Assembly (NCBI GenBank): GCA_002269645.1
Contig: NIVC01000089.1
Location: 248,001 to 312,000 of the forward strand
Origin: Macrostomum lignano
Taxonomy: Eukaryota
Direction of reading: 5' to 3'
Length of the DNA stretch: 64,000 bases
The translations under genes and the position numbers were made by a program. The notes beneath the pieces were generated by a model. The model had not been told where the DNA came from. It ran no database searches and was given only the letters and a program-made list of their open reading frames with translations. Below, one piece after another: positions 1-13,052 of this stretch (the first letter of the stretch is position 1; each line of letters begins with the position of its first letter).

Positions 1-3000
1 CTACTGAAATGTAGAATACATAGTAGAATTAGACTAGAATAACATGCAAAAATATAGAATCCATAGCTGAATTGGAATAGAATAACATGCCAAAATGTGG
101 AATCTATAGTAGAATTAATATAGAATAGAATACCAAAATGTAGAATATATAGCAAAATGATAAATTATAGAATGAACTATTGATTTTATCTACTTAAAAT
201 AAAATATAAAATATAAGAATCAAAAATATATCATACTTTCTAAATTGATAGGCCTACTATATATTACCCAGGTTGTGGATTGTATGCATGTATACTGGAA
301 CTCTCTAGAAATCTGAAAGTCAATGATAAACTTTTTGCTTCTTTAAAATTAACAATAAAGAAAATTAGTATTATTATTGTTAAGAGCATAAATTTTACAT
401 AATATAGATATAATTTAAGTTTGTTTAAAATGAAAATATTTGTAATATTTTAAAAAGACCTTTTGTACAAAAGGCTTTTTTCAAAAACTCTATTTATGAA
501 AACCAAATGACCTTTTAGGAGGAATTTTTGGTGTAGATTTTTGGGAAATTTTTTGTTTTTGGCATTCACTGGCGTACATTTACATGAGCTAGGATTCATG
601 TTCCAGTGTATGCTACTATACAATTGACAACCTAGTATATTATTTCTAAAAAAATTCTTTAGAAAAATATAGTTATACTTATAGGCCTAGCAATATATGC
701 CTAACCATATTAAAAAGATAGTTAAAATAAGTATGATTCTGTATACTATAATTTTTAACTATATCTTATAGGGCCTATATTAAATAATTTAACTAAAGGT
801 ATAACTATAATTTTTATTTTAAATTTAACTAATAGGCCTACAAACTAAGCAAGAAATAGCAGCTTCTATTAGGCCTACTCAAAGTAATAAATATAGGTTA
901 CCTTATGAATAATATGGCTAATGCTTGATGGGTATTTAAAATATAATTTTCTTTTTAGCAGTTTAGTCAAATTTTAAAGGTTTTATTGTTATAAAATAGG
1001 ATTATATAGTTTATAGTGCACTTTGGCGACCCTGCATTCACATTTTACTTGTAGTTAGTGAAATTCTCAGTTCATTCAGCAATTTACCCATTTGCATTTT
1101 ACTGTATTATTCCATTTTGATTCTGATGTATGCTGCAAATTCTGCATTTTATTGAGTACCCTTATTTCATAATCACAGGCCTACTGCATTAAAAACTAAA
1201 GCTTGACTTGACACTTCTAGTTCAATCTTGGTTAGTTGAGTTTTGATTGAATGAGTTACTTTACTTAAAACGGATGATTCGAGTAAAGACGAGTATTACC
1301 AGCCTCTAGTACATAAATCACTAAATGCATCCAGTCAAATATCTTTCAATCTTGAGTGAGACTTTAATAGTGATTTAATTAGATTAACCATGACATGACC
1401 TACTGTGGCAGTAGCTAAATTCCTCTAGCTTCAGTTTAAAATGTTTACGTTGCTTTTAGCACGGCATCAAATCATAACATGATAGAAAAACACTTAATTA
1501 TTAAAAAATCTGAAAAAGGAATTAAAACGTAAAGTAGGGCCCATCGAACAAAAGTTTTAAACTTCATAATTCAGAACTTTGATTTTTAAATGATTGCATT
1601 ACTTAGAGCATAAGTATACTTTGGAACTTTAGAGAATTTAAAAGACTCCACAGTAAATTTTTACTCATTGATAAAAAAATAAAGAAACCGTCGATTTCGT
1701 AAGTTTTCCCAAAATTCATTTTATGTTTTGATCAAAATAGTAGTTGGCTAGATTTTCTTTACATTTAGTAAAAACAATTTTTATTGTTTTTCCGCTTTTC
1801 GACAATAATAAAGCTTTTATTTTGGAGTAGCTCTAAGCTTTCTAAGACAAGATTTGTTATAGCTGTTTAAACGTCAAAACTAAACTCGAAAAAAGTTGTT
1901 TCAGAATTTTGTCTAGCAATTATAATGCAACTTATAGTATTCATAATTCCGTCGTTTATAAATAGTCCTTGATACAGTCCTTAAAACACTGAAAGTACCT
2001 GCTTTAATTAAATTAAAGCACACTTGAATACAAAATATATCTAACGTAAGTTTATTTTTCGCTAAAAAATAGTCTCGATGTCAAAAATGGATTGAAATGA
2101 TTACGCTGCTTTTTAACCTAGATGCTAGGACCCCAACTAAGTTTAGTGGACCCAAAATGTGGGTTTATATATCGGATTTTGACACATTGTACGTTGTACG
2201 TTTGTACATAGCGCGAATCTTACCATATTGAGAAATAATAAAATTCTGTGTAAAAATAGATAAGATTTTTATAATAGGCCCTCAATATGAAATAAATGGC
2301 CTTTTTTCATTCAACTGACTTTAGAAGTGTACATTTGTTTTTGCTAATGTCCTCGAAACCGAAAATTGCACTTTAAATTCCCGTGCTAGCTGTGCGCCCT
2401 CGTCGGTTGGATATCAGACAGATGCATAGTACCCCTACTGACTTGGCGACTTCGTCACTTTGTCAGAGGCAAATTTATTTTAAGATTGCGTTTTTTAGGC
2501 ATGGCGGGGGACTTTTTCTGTGATTTATTCTGTTTCTACCATTGAACAAAGCAATAAAAAACTGAAAACATTTAGGTGGCTTAGTTTTGAAATTGTGTTT
2601 CCTGTGATTCTGTGCTGCTATGGGCTTGAGATCAATATTTGTCTGTGCACTTACTTGCGTACGAGGGCACCTAAACATGTTTTAGAATGTTCCAATAGGG
2701 TAGATCAACTTGATTATTGATTACCAATATATTTTATAATTTTTAAATCTTGACTTTAGTCTATTATATTACTTAAGGCCTAATAGGCCTAGTTAAATAT
2801 TAAATTGTGTTCAAAATCTAACTTTTAATTGCAAATGCAAATTAAAAAATTAAAATGAAATGAAAATTAATGTCTAATAAGCTAGTTTCTATACTACATT
2901 TTTATAGTATAAATAATTCTTTTAAGTAATGTTTTATTTCTTTTTGAATTTAAAATACTCTGGTATACATTTGCCTCTTCCTACAAATCTTGGTTGGAGC

Positions 3001-3499
3001 TTGGAGTATGCATGGCATATAGAATTTTAGGTTTGACATATATGGTGTAGCTAAATTTTGTCAAAATAGCTTTTCTTAAAGTATTCTATATGGAAACAAG
3101 AATATTTTAATGTAACTTATAGAAAAAATAAAAGTGAAACAAATAAGCCTAATAAAAATATATGGAAAAATTAATGCTTTACATTGCACTAAAACTTTTG
3201 TTTCTAAAAGAAATACAAACAATTTTTTTGGCATGACCTAAATTATATTGGCATAAATAGAAAAAAACAATTTTTATTTTGGCATAAATCTGCCATGATC
3301 TAGATTATAGTCCTATTAGAATAACCATTCAAAAGCATGAAAGTAAAGGCATATGCAAAGATAAGATGAAGGCTTATTTATATTATAATTAAATTATAAA
3401 ATTTTCTGATAAATGTTTAAAGTAGCAACTATATATATGTTTAAACAATATGCTTACCATATTGTGATTGCCAATCATGCTATATTATAGCATTTTGCA

Positions 3500-4229
3500 A
3501 GCTAGTAGAGACTACAAGCAAGCAATTTAATCCAAGATAGCAAAAACACACATTTTGAGCCTCATTGCTAGTTGTCTATGGTAAAAAGTGTATGAAACTG
3601 GCATTTAATCCTTGGCATATTCATTTAAGCACTAAAATCCATAAACAGTGCTGTATATGCTATTCCACTCTCAGTTTTTTTAATATGTCAGACAAAAGTG
3701 ACCAAGCCAGCACCATTTTTGAAAACATCAATGGAATCGCTGCCAAAGATGCTGGAGTGCCACCTGTGCAAAATGCTAAGATTAGCAATGAAAAGCATAG
3801 ATTGATAATCAATGCTATCAACAGAGGTGATAACAATAGAAGCATTGTCAATTTAGCATGTAGGCAAGAATTCACACAGGCTGCATTGCTAGGAAAGTGA
3901 TTATGTAACTTACTAAAGTCTAAATATACATTCAAAACTTTTCTATCATGTGTTTTTTTATATGTAGGTTTTGTTAAGTGAACTTTTTCTTGCTGAACCT
4001 TGTTTTACTTTGTAACTTTTTCATATGGAGCTTCCTGGTTGGTTTGGTTGGAGGCATGGATGAAATAAATGAAAAGGCCTAGCAAGATAGTGCTTAAATG
4101 AATGCTCCAAGGATTAAATTGCCTGCCGGTTTGACACACTTTTTACCATAGACAACTAGCAGTGAGGCTCAAAATGCATGTGTTTTTGCTATCTTGGATT
4201 AAATTGCTTGCTTATAGTCTCTACTAGCT
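3500..4229. repeat. Inverted repeat pair (~135-bp arms, 3500-3634 and 4088-4229) around a ~450-bp AT-rich spacer; MITE/fold-back-like
   Basis: 3500-3591 (agctagtagagactacaagc...ggtaaaaagtgt) is a near-exact reverse complement of 4135-4229. 3601-3634 matches the reverse complement of 4088-4122 with a few differences. No clear TSD. Confidence 0.8.
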
Positions 4230-4523
4230 GGTCAACTCCTTTTAGCCTGTCTAGCTAGGGTTGGACACACTTAGCTAGCCAGACAGCCTTCTCTTAGCTA
4301 AAGGTGTATTGACTTTCACAACTTTAAAGGGTAACTTTAATTGGGTAGCCACTTATTCTACATAGTCTTGATCTCTTACTTAAAGTAAATGGCATCCAGC
4401 TAGGAAAACAGGGTACAAATTTGGTATCTGGGGTCCAAATTCAATCTGCCAATATTGGAAGTTAGAAGAAGACAGGAATAAAAGAGTTGTATCCCAATTT
4501 CACTCCAGTTCTGTTTAAGCTCA

Positions 4524-6566
4524 ATGCATCGAAGTGTCAGCGACTCGGCTACATTGCTGTCCCATCCTCACCAGTCCCCGAGGCCAGCATCTCAGCGCTA
4601 CTTCATCTGCCTGTGCGGCAATCTGGATCCAGAAAAATTCGTCAAAATCGAACGCTTTAACCCTGCTAGAGACTCCATCGCTAATACATTTGTTCGAGTG
4701 TGCAAGTGCTGCGAGTTCCCAGTGGCTGAGAGGGAGGGCTATGCCTACTGTCCCATGTGCGACCACGAGTTGCCGGGCTCTTTCAGGCGCTTACATCTGC
4801 AACCTGGGAACAGATTAACTCTCTGCTTGAACTGCGATTCGGCCGTACCCACAGATCGAATTGAGAATTTCTTTAATCTGCTGGATCACCAGATGGCCCA
4901 GTTAGAATCCGTGGCAGACGCCAGCGCCGCTGCAGAATCTCAGTGTCCCCAGTGCTGCACTGGCAGGCTGAAATTCTCGCTAGAACTGGCCGGCCCCGAG
5001 CAGCCATTAGTTGAAGCCTCCGCGTCTGCCCTGAAGCTGATGGCCGCCTGCTCAGCTTGTGAAGCCGTCTTTGCTCTCCTTGACGAGACTTCATCGCCAG
5101 CGGCGACCGGGGCTGCTCAAAATGGTTGTCAAGGCGACGCCGAGACCATAGACACCAGCTTGGACAGCATTGTGGCGCCCTATCTGTGCGATCGCTGCCC
5201 AGGCGCCAGCTTCGACCGGCTGCATCCTGTTGATCATCGGCGAGGCGGCAACTCGGTGTCAGCTGCCAAAGCATCACCGGCGTTGGCTGCAGCTGAAGCT
5301 GACAGTCATTATGAATCGCTGTTCTGTACTGGGTAAGGCTTCATTGTTGTGATATTGAAGGCTGAATTTCTTAAACTTTAATCAGCTGTTTTGTTCTCTG
5401 TTTCCCCGCTGGCAACAGATTGGGTTGCCACCTTTTCATATCTTGCCACTGGGCCGCGCGCGACGCAGATCCCCAGAGTTGTGCTGGGGCCGCCACCGTC
5501 ACTGCAGATCCCCAGAGTTGTGCTGGGGCCGCCACCGTCACTGCAGATCCCCAGAGTTGTGCTGGGGCCGCCACCGTCACTGCAGATCCCCAGAGTTGTG
5601 CTGGGGCCGCCACCGTCACTGCAGATCCCCAGAGTTGTGCTGGGGCCGCCACCGTCACTGCAGATCCTCAGAGTTGTGCTGGGGCCGCCACCCTCACTGC
5701 AGATCCTCAGAGGTGTGCTGGGGCCGCCACCGTCACTGCAGATCCCCAGAGTTGTGCTGGGGCCGCCACCGTCACTGCAGATCCTCAGAGTTGTGCTGGG
5801 GCCGCCACCGTCACTGCAGATCCTCAGAGTTGTGCTGGGGCCGCCACCCTCACTGCAGATCCTCAGAGGTGTGCTGGGGCCGCCACCCTCACTGCAGATC
5901 CTCAGAGTTGTGCTGGGGCCGCCACCCTTCCAGATCTCCAGCATCGCTACACAACATCATGTATTATGTACTTTAATAGTCTCCCACCCCTCCGCTCCAC
6001 CCACCAGCTGCCAGTTGGCCATTCCGCTCTACGTCAGCAGCCAGGCGCGGGGCCCGGCCACCCTGGCGGAGCTGCGCCGTGTCGTTGCACCTCGCTACTC
6101 CACAGGCGAAGCCGGCCTGCCGCGCGAGCGCCAGCGAATAACCAGCGTCGACCAGCTGTCGCCAGGCGATCACGTGTGCTATCCGAGACAAGGTGGCGTC
6201 TATTGGCACCACGGAATTGTGACCTCGGTTGACCCAGAGGGCAAGTCCTATCAGGTGTTGCATTATTCGAACTACACAGAGGCCGGCAGCGACACCTGGC
6301 AGTCTTGGCTGCAGTGGCTCCGAATTGGCCGCAGCAAAGGCGTTGTGCGGGAGGACCGGATGGACCTGGCTAAGGAGCCCGAGACCCACCGCCTGGTCTA
6401 CCACAGCCTGGACAGCTTTTCTCCAGAGCAAGTAGTCTGGCGCGCCAGGTCACAGGCAAAGCAGGCCAACTATCACCTGATTGGCGAGAACTGCGAACAC
6501 CTGGCAGTTTGGTCCAAGTCGGGAGAGGCTCGGAGTCTGCAGGTGTGCGAATTCATACTGTGTTTT

Positions 6567-6624
<58 letters not shown>

Positions 6625-6690
6625 CAGTGGTAGTAGTAGTAGCAGTAGTAGTAGTAGTAACCAGTAGTAGTAGTAGTAGTAGTAGCAGTG

Positions 6691-6727
<37 letters not shown>

Positions 6728-7325
6728 CAGTAGTAGTAGTAGTAGTAGTAGCAGTAGTAGTAGTAGTAGTAGTAGTAGCAGTAGTAGTAGTAACCAGTAG
6801 TAGTAGTAGTAGTAGAAGTAGTAGTAGTAGCAGTAGTAGTAGTAACCAGTAGTAGTAGTAGTAGTAGTGTAGTACTACTGGTAGTAGTAATAGTAGTAGT
6901 AGTAGCAGTAGTAGTAGTAGTAGTAGTAGTAGTAGCAGTAGTAGTAGTAGTAACCACTAACCAGTAGTAGTATAAGTGCCGCTTTTAAAACATCATACCA
7001 TTCCAACGACGCCCCACAGGTAGAGCAGATCCGCCAGCTGTGCTACAGACTCGGCCAGCACCTGCTGGCTCTGCGCACCAAAGCCGCAGCCGCGACTGAC
7101 AGATTCGTCAAATTGGCCGCTGCCGACTCGCTGGCCGCCGTGCTGAAGCTGCGCCAGAGCCTCGCCGACCTGATTGATCGGCGAATCAGCGCGCTGGTGT
7201 TCAGCCGCCGACTCTGGCGAGCCCTGATTCGTCAAGCTGTCGTGCTGGCCACCTCGACGATGCTTCACCTGGCCGTCGGCAGCGGCCCGGGCAGAAGCGC
7301 TGTTGAACCGATCGCAAGTCCTTAG
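4524..7325 (+). CDS. Multi-CxxC (zinc-ribbon-like) + LRAT/PLAAT-like (permuted NlpC/P60) protein, ~549 aa, 3 exons
   Basis: Exons 4524-5332, 6008-6542 and 7020-7325 are GT-AG with consistent phases (2, 0) and total 1650 nt. Exon 2 has the LRAT-family motifs PGDHV, YWHHGI, VLHY and NCEH. Exon 1 has about six CxxC pairs, and the exon1/2 junction creates another (FCTG^CQL). Confidence 0.8.
5465..5935. repeat. 39-bp minisatellite (~12 copies) in intron 1 of the LRAT gene
   Basis: Unit gcagatccccagagttgtgctggggccgccaccgtcact; produces the repetitive ORFs at 5371-6232. Confidence 0.95.
6567..6972. repeat. (AGT)n microsatellite in intron 2 of the LRAT gene
   Basis: Direct reading; explains the poly-V/poly-S ORF tails. 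Confidence 0.97.
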
Positions 7326-8924
7326 GCGGCGCTGTTGGCGACACGGTGGCCGACATGGTGCTGCCAGCGGAGGCCGGTTCCGGTCCTGCCGCTGCAATCA
7401 GCGCGAATTGATTGATTGATTTTGGATTTGGGCATTTCAGATACTAATCAAACTAATGGGTGTTGGACACGTCAGAATCTTTATCTTGTGTACGTACTGC
7501 GTGCATTCTCCTCTCAAAAACCGACCCCTCGTTAGAAGTTCTCGGGGATCAAGTTTGATTTTATATAAGTTTTTGCTGTTCAAGGTGCATCGTCAGGTTT
7601 ATTGGTAACAAAAAAACGAACGATGTTTGATATTAAATTATAATGCAATGAGGGTACAACGAATCAATGGTATTGGTTAAGATAGGTAGGTTTAAGCAAT
7701 TGGGGTTGGCTTGAGTTATTGAATGTACATTTAGCACGTAACATCAATATATGAACCCTACAGTCACGAGTGCAATAGTGCACACTCTCAGAAAATACGG
7801 AGGACAGGTCACTTCAATCAAACTCACTATCATTGAAGGTCTCTACATCAAAGCCCAACCACCTATAGCCTCAACACCTACATGTATGCAGCTCCTGCAC
7901 AGTGGCGCGGGTCATGTCCTTTGTTGACCCCACCTTTGTTGACCTGTTATGGAAATCAAAAATTGTGCTTTAGGGCGACAAAAATAGTGCCTGCGGCGCT
8001 AAAATGATCGCTGACAACACCGATTCTGATAATGTACACGTAGGAATTTAGTCATGTACCATGTACATGCAGAAATCTTGGCTTTGTCCGCCCACCATAA
8101 AATCCATGGCGACGCCCCTGAGAGGAACTACAGGTATGCCAAATCTAGGCAGCAACTGGCAGAGCATGTGCGCTACGAGCTTTAAGTAAATTTGCAATTA
8201 TTAGCCTTCTGGCATACCATTCCTAGCGCTGAATCCTGAGCGCAAGCGTGAGTCGTCATGCAAGTGTGTACACTTTCTGTCTTTAGGGTTGGCTCTCGTG
8301 TCTGTATGAATCGCTCTACAACAGCTTCTGCCCTTTTCAGTACACGCCCCAATCATGCCTCCTTATATTCAATTGTCCTTGATGCCATCTGGATGTCTTT
8401 GTAGTGTAACTCGCTGTGCCTTGAAGTTCTTGCACGATCAAATGCACGACCACTGGTGCGGGTATGCTAGAACCAAATATAGTGCTTAGAATTCGACTCG
8501 ACTTGCTTCTCGTCAAGTAGTAGTATTTGCAGCAGTACTGTAACTCCTGGATAGGTTTTTATTTTCTTTAATATTTGTTAATATTTCACTAATCATCAAA
8601 TTTACATGTACATGTATTTATACGCAATACTTTTTACTACAGTTGTGAGTAGTATCGTACTCGTACAACTATTGATACTATATTCTTGCAAAGAAATTAT
8701 TAACGCTAGTAAATTCTGTTCAAACTTATCAGTAACCGAGCGTGACAGCATACAGCACAGAAAGCCAGAGTCAAAATATATTTACAAATGCGGGTAGAAC
8801 AGAATTTTATTATTTTAGACCTAAATAAATGCTTTTTGTTTAAAACACTTAAGCTTGCATGTTTGGTTTTTTGTGTTGATGAGCATACCAGGGCGAGGTG
8901 CGGTTGAGCAAACCCGGGCTACCG

Positions 8925-9015
8925 GTGAGCACAACGCGGCTGGCGGTGAGCACACCGGAGCTGGCAATGAGCACACCGGAGCATCCGATGAGCACACCGG
9001 AGCGGCGGTGAGCAC
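8925..9015. repeat. Short 21-bp tandem repeat (~4 copies) just downstream of GPATCH11
   Basis: Recurring gagcacaccggagc core. Confidence 0.7.
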
Positions 9016-9043
9016 AACTTTGCAGGGTTGCCGGCGGCCACAT

Positions 9044-10211
9044 TCAGGAGTCGTGATCAGCCCGCTCAGGCCCCGGACAGTCGGACAGCAAGCAGGTTGG
9101 TGAATCGAACCTGTGACCGCACCACAAGCAGTAGCTGTACAGGCGGCGCAGCCGATCCACCACCAGCCTGAGCTGCTCCTCAGGGCTCGGCTCCTCACCG
9201 TCTTGCTGCTCATCAGCATCATCGGCACTCTCTTCTAGAGCTGCTCCCTCGTCTGGTAGTTCCGGCGGCCAGAACCAAGCAGCAGGCGGCGGACTGATCT
9301 CTCCAGCCTCATTGGCCGCCTCCGTGTCCAATCGACGGCAGGCGCGTTGCGCTCGCGCCAAATCGGCGCCAACATCGGCGCGAGCAAATTTGGCGCTCAT
9401 TCGCAGACGAAAATCGGCGGCACTTGCAGCAACTTCAGCTTCGGCGTTGGCTGCCGCGGCGGCTGCGGCGGCCCGTTTCCGGCTGGCGGCTTGTTGAGGG
9501 GCTAGGTGGCCCAGGCCGGATCTTGTGGGGTGCAAATTGAATTGCTAGTTCTAGTTCTATATCTGATTGACAATGCGATTCACAGGCGATTCTTATCAGT
9601 CGCATGCGATTCTCATCAGTCTCAAGCAATTCTCATCAGTCATAAACGATTCTCAACAGTCACAAACGATTCTCATCAGTCACAAACGATTCTCATCAGT
9701 CACAAGCAGTTATTCTGTCATAAATGGCTAATCTAGCGTAGCTTCTACTATCACATGATTATTCTGAACCTAAATCATCAGTTTCGTATTCATACAGCAT
9801 TACTAATCTCTATTGTCATTGAGCAACTCTATGGAGAACTGACCTGTCAGCTTTAAGACTCAGCGACACTGGCTCCAGGCGCCCCTGCTCTGCTCGGCCG
9901 AGCCCCCGGCCGGGCTGGTAGCCCATGCGCAGCATCATGGAGCGGGCAGCTGTCAGTGTGTCTGAACCTGGACTGGCTTCAGTAAGCAAAGGCGTTGCCA
10001 AGGCTGTTTGCAAAGCTTCTGCCTGCTTTGCCTTCTTTTCCTGTTGCTTGGCAGCACGATCCCACTTGCCGCTGCTAGTAGACTGCGACTTTGATGAAGC
10101 TGGAGGCTGCGCCGATCTTCGTGCGGCTGAATTCAAGCCTGGTCGCACATCAGATAGTTGGGCTAGGAAACTGTCTGACATAAAGTCATCTTCCTCTTCA
10201 ATTTTTGACAT
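9044..10211 (-). CDS. GPATCH11: G-patch domain-containing protein 11 (CCDC75), ~281 aa, 2 exons
   Basis: Exons 10211-9844 and 9521-9044 (GT-AG, phase 2, 846 nt). N-terminal EEEDDFMSDSFL, G-patch MMLRMGYQPGRGLG...EPV...DR^SGLG, and C-terminal LRRLYSYCLWCG...CPGP...DHD as in the GPATCH11 family. Confidence 0.9.
9590..9710. repeat. 20-bp tandem repeat in the GPATCH11 intron
   Basis: Unit cacaaacgattctcatcagt, ~5 degenerate copies. Confidence 0.8.
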
Positions 10212-13052
10212 GCCAATTGTGCTTTCTAGGGTGCTACAATAGTAAAATTAATGTATATGGTGATGAATATTTATCTTCTGTATAAATTTCAAGGGATATA
10301 AGTTGAGAAACATTCAGCATACACGCTGTTTATATCAATAGAATTTATAATAACTTATGCCCATGAACCCAAATATATCATTTAATTTTAACTTCAAGAA
10401 AACAAAATGAAGTGATAGAAATTCAGATATAAAAATAAATAGAATCCAGCTTTAAAGCAAAAAAGCTTAAAAATGGTTATGAACGTAGGGAATTATTAAG
10501 TTACAAGTAGACACTAGAAGTATTATAGTACATATTATTATTAAATAGTCCTAAAATTCACAAAAGAAAAAAACTATATATTCATAATAGTGATATAGAG
10601 AGCTATAATCCTATATTACAAGAAAGCAGCAGCATAAGCACGAGACAAAAACTAAGTAAGAAGTAATATAGGTTGATGGACAAACGTTAAACTGCATGGT
10701 CTTAAGGTTTATTATACGCTTAAGGGTTTAAAAGTTTACCATCTAGTAGTAGAAGTGGATACTAGATACCAATCTTATTTGCAAAATTTCTTGCAAAGTG
10801 GTGAATTTGACTTTTTGTGACAAAAAGGGTGATATTTAACAAATCTAGTTGATATGGACGTTATATCGTATTGAAAAGATAGATACATGTATGCGAGAAC
10901 TACTGCGATATTTGAATTTATTTAAAATGTTTACTTTTATAAACATTTTTGTAACTATTTCTGAGTCAGAGCGTAGGCGCCAATTTAGAATAAGTCGGGC
11001 CCACTCGTTTCCGCCAGCATCCGATTTCCAGACGTGACTGTCGACTCAAAGGTAGTTTTCTCGTGAAATTTCTCTATCTTGTATTTTTTCTACTAATGTA
11101 ATTGATTGAAAATAAATAAGTAAATTATATCACATCTTGGTAGCAGTGCTTACTCATAAGGCATATCCACTGATTGTGTTGTGTTGTATCAAAAAGAAAT
11201 TTATATAAACTCTCCGCATTTGCTTATCGTTTTTGTCCAAAGCAATATAATTGACTAACCTCACAGTAGGCTCCTAATTAGAAATTATGAATTCCTAAGC
11301 AAGGGATCCAATTTATTTAAAAACCATTTGGTAGTCCTTTTTTAAATTACAGGTTTAACCCTCAAACAAAATTTTGGGGTCCAATGACCAATGGATCCCC
11401 TCTTACAAAAATTGTTCCATGTATTTTATGGAGAATTTTCTATTATCGTGGACCAATTTTTGAGGTTAAAATTAAATTTTAATAAGTTTTTTGAACTTCA
11501 ATTCATATTATCATACCATACTAGAGATCATGTTAGGCCATTGCAGGATAGATGGGTCTCTACTCTCTATTTGCCAAAAATAATAGCATAATATCATAAA
11601 ATATTTTAAATATAGGATTTAGTAGATTAATTTCAGTTAGATATAATAAGAAAGTTAATGTAGTGAAATATAATTGTTTTCATTTTTAGGCCTAGTGCAT
11701 AATTGTTAATTGTTAATTTGCTTGTATTTAGCTTTATAGAATCTAGGCCTTACCAACAATAATAATTAGGTTGTCTTAAGCATATGTGATTAGCCCTAGA
11801 GTCTAAGGTCTATATTTTTATACTTTTCAGGCCTTTTAATTTTATATCAAAAGTTAGTTCTTTGTTTTTAGCAATTTTCATAAGCTTACTTAATATAAAA
11901 ATTCAATGTTAGATAATACGTATTATAATTATTTGCTTTTTAAAATATATATGATATAAAAGGCATTTTAGCTTGCTAGTTAATGGCAAAATCAAAGGAT
12001 GCAACAATCATTATAATATATTATGTATTATTTAAGTTGGCATATAAGCAACTTTGTTTTTAGTGTAATTATTTTCAATATGTTGAAATACTGTTGAAGT
12101 AGAATAAAAAACTAGAATTTTTTATATATGCCTATGCCTATAATGATCTAGACTATAGTATAGATATATCAGGCCTTTAAAACCTTGTAGTTTTCTTTGT
12201 AATTTCTAGTTAATTAACTAAAGTTTTCTAGGAGATAATATTTCCTATTGCATTATAATACATATTAAGCAACTGCTATTTAAGATTTTTTGCCTTTTGA
12301 CAAAAAACTACTATAAATTGAAACTTTATTTTGTTTGAGGTCTAACTTGGTCTTTAAACTAAGTGGAATTTTTCAAGTCAAAACTAAATTATATAGCTGG
12401 TATAATTTCAGATTGTGCATATATAAGGTATAAGTAACTCAACTTTATTAACCATTGTATAGTTTATATCTCTTAATTATTAAGTTAGATCATAAGTCCT
12501 TTTGAATTAATAGTTCCTATTATAGGCTATGAGTGTTTACCTATGTTTATAGTAAATCTTAATGATCATCAGAGATACATATACAAAACAGTTGCCAATA
12601 GAAAATTCAAGATGGATTGAACAGTTATATAGTTTACAATTATGGCTAAATCTTCATTGTGATTATATGGCATGTCCCACATCTAATTTCATATTAATTT
12701 GCTGTCAGAGCTTCAATTTTTGTATTGAAGTTTGTATTGATTTGTATTTTGTATTTTTGTTATGACATGTGAAAATTGGAAATGGGAAATGGTTATTATA
12801 TGGAATTATACAAAAATAGCATAAAAATTTTTCTATAGTATACTTCGCTTAATTTTGATTGTAATTGCCTTAGAAAACAATAATTAATCACCATGAACAT
12901 CTGTTCTGTATAGCACAATGTCTGAAAACAATATGCTAGTAATGAAAAATTCTGTTGAAAAGAAGACCAGCTTCCTGCTTACAGCATAACTTTACCACTC
13001 ATTTCAGTTGATCTGAGCTACAGTTCAAATCTCACTGATTCCTGCAAGCACA

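Noticed and set aside
1-3490. Short ORFs and possible DNA-transposon relics in AT-rich sequence
   Set aside because: No motifs, TIR pairs or second copies could be established by eye.
5371-6232. Overlapping repetitive ORFs (LQIPRVVLGPPPS etc.)
   Set aside because: 39-bp minisatellite lying within a phase-consistent GT-AG intron.
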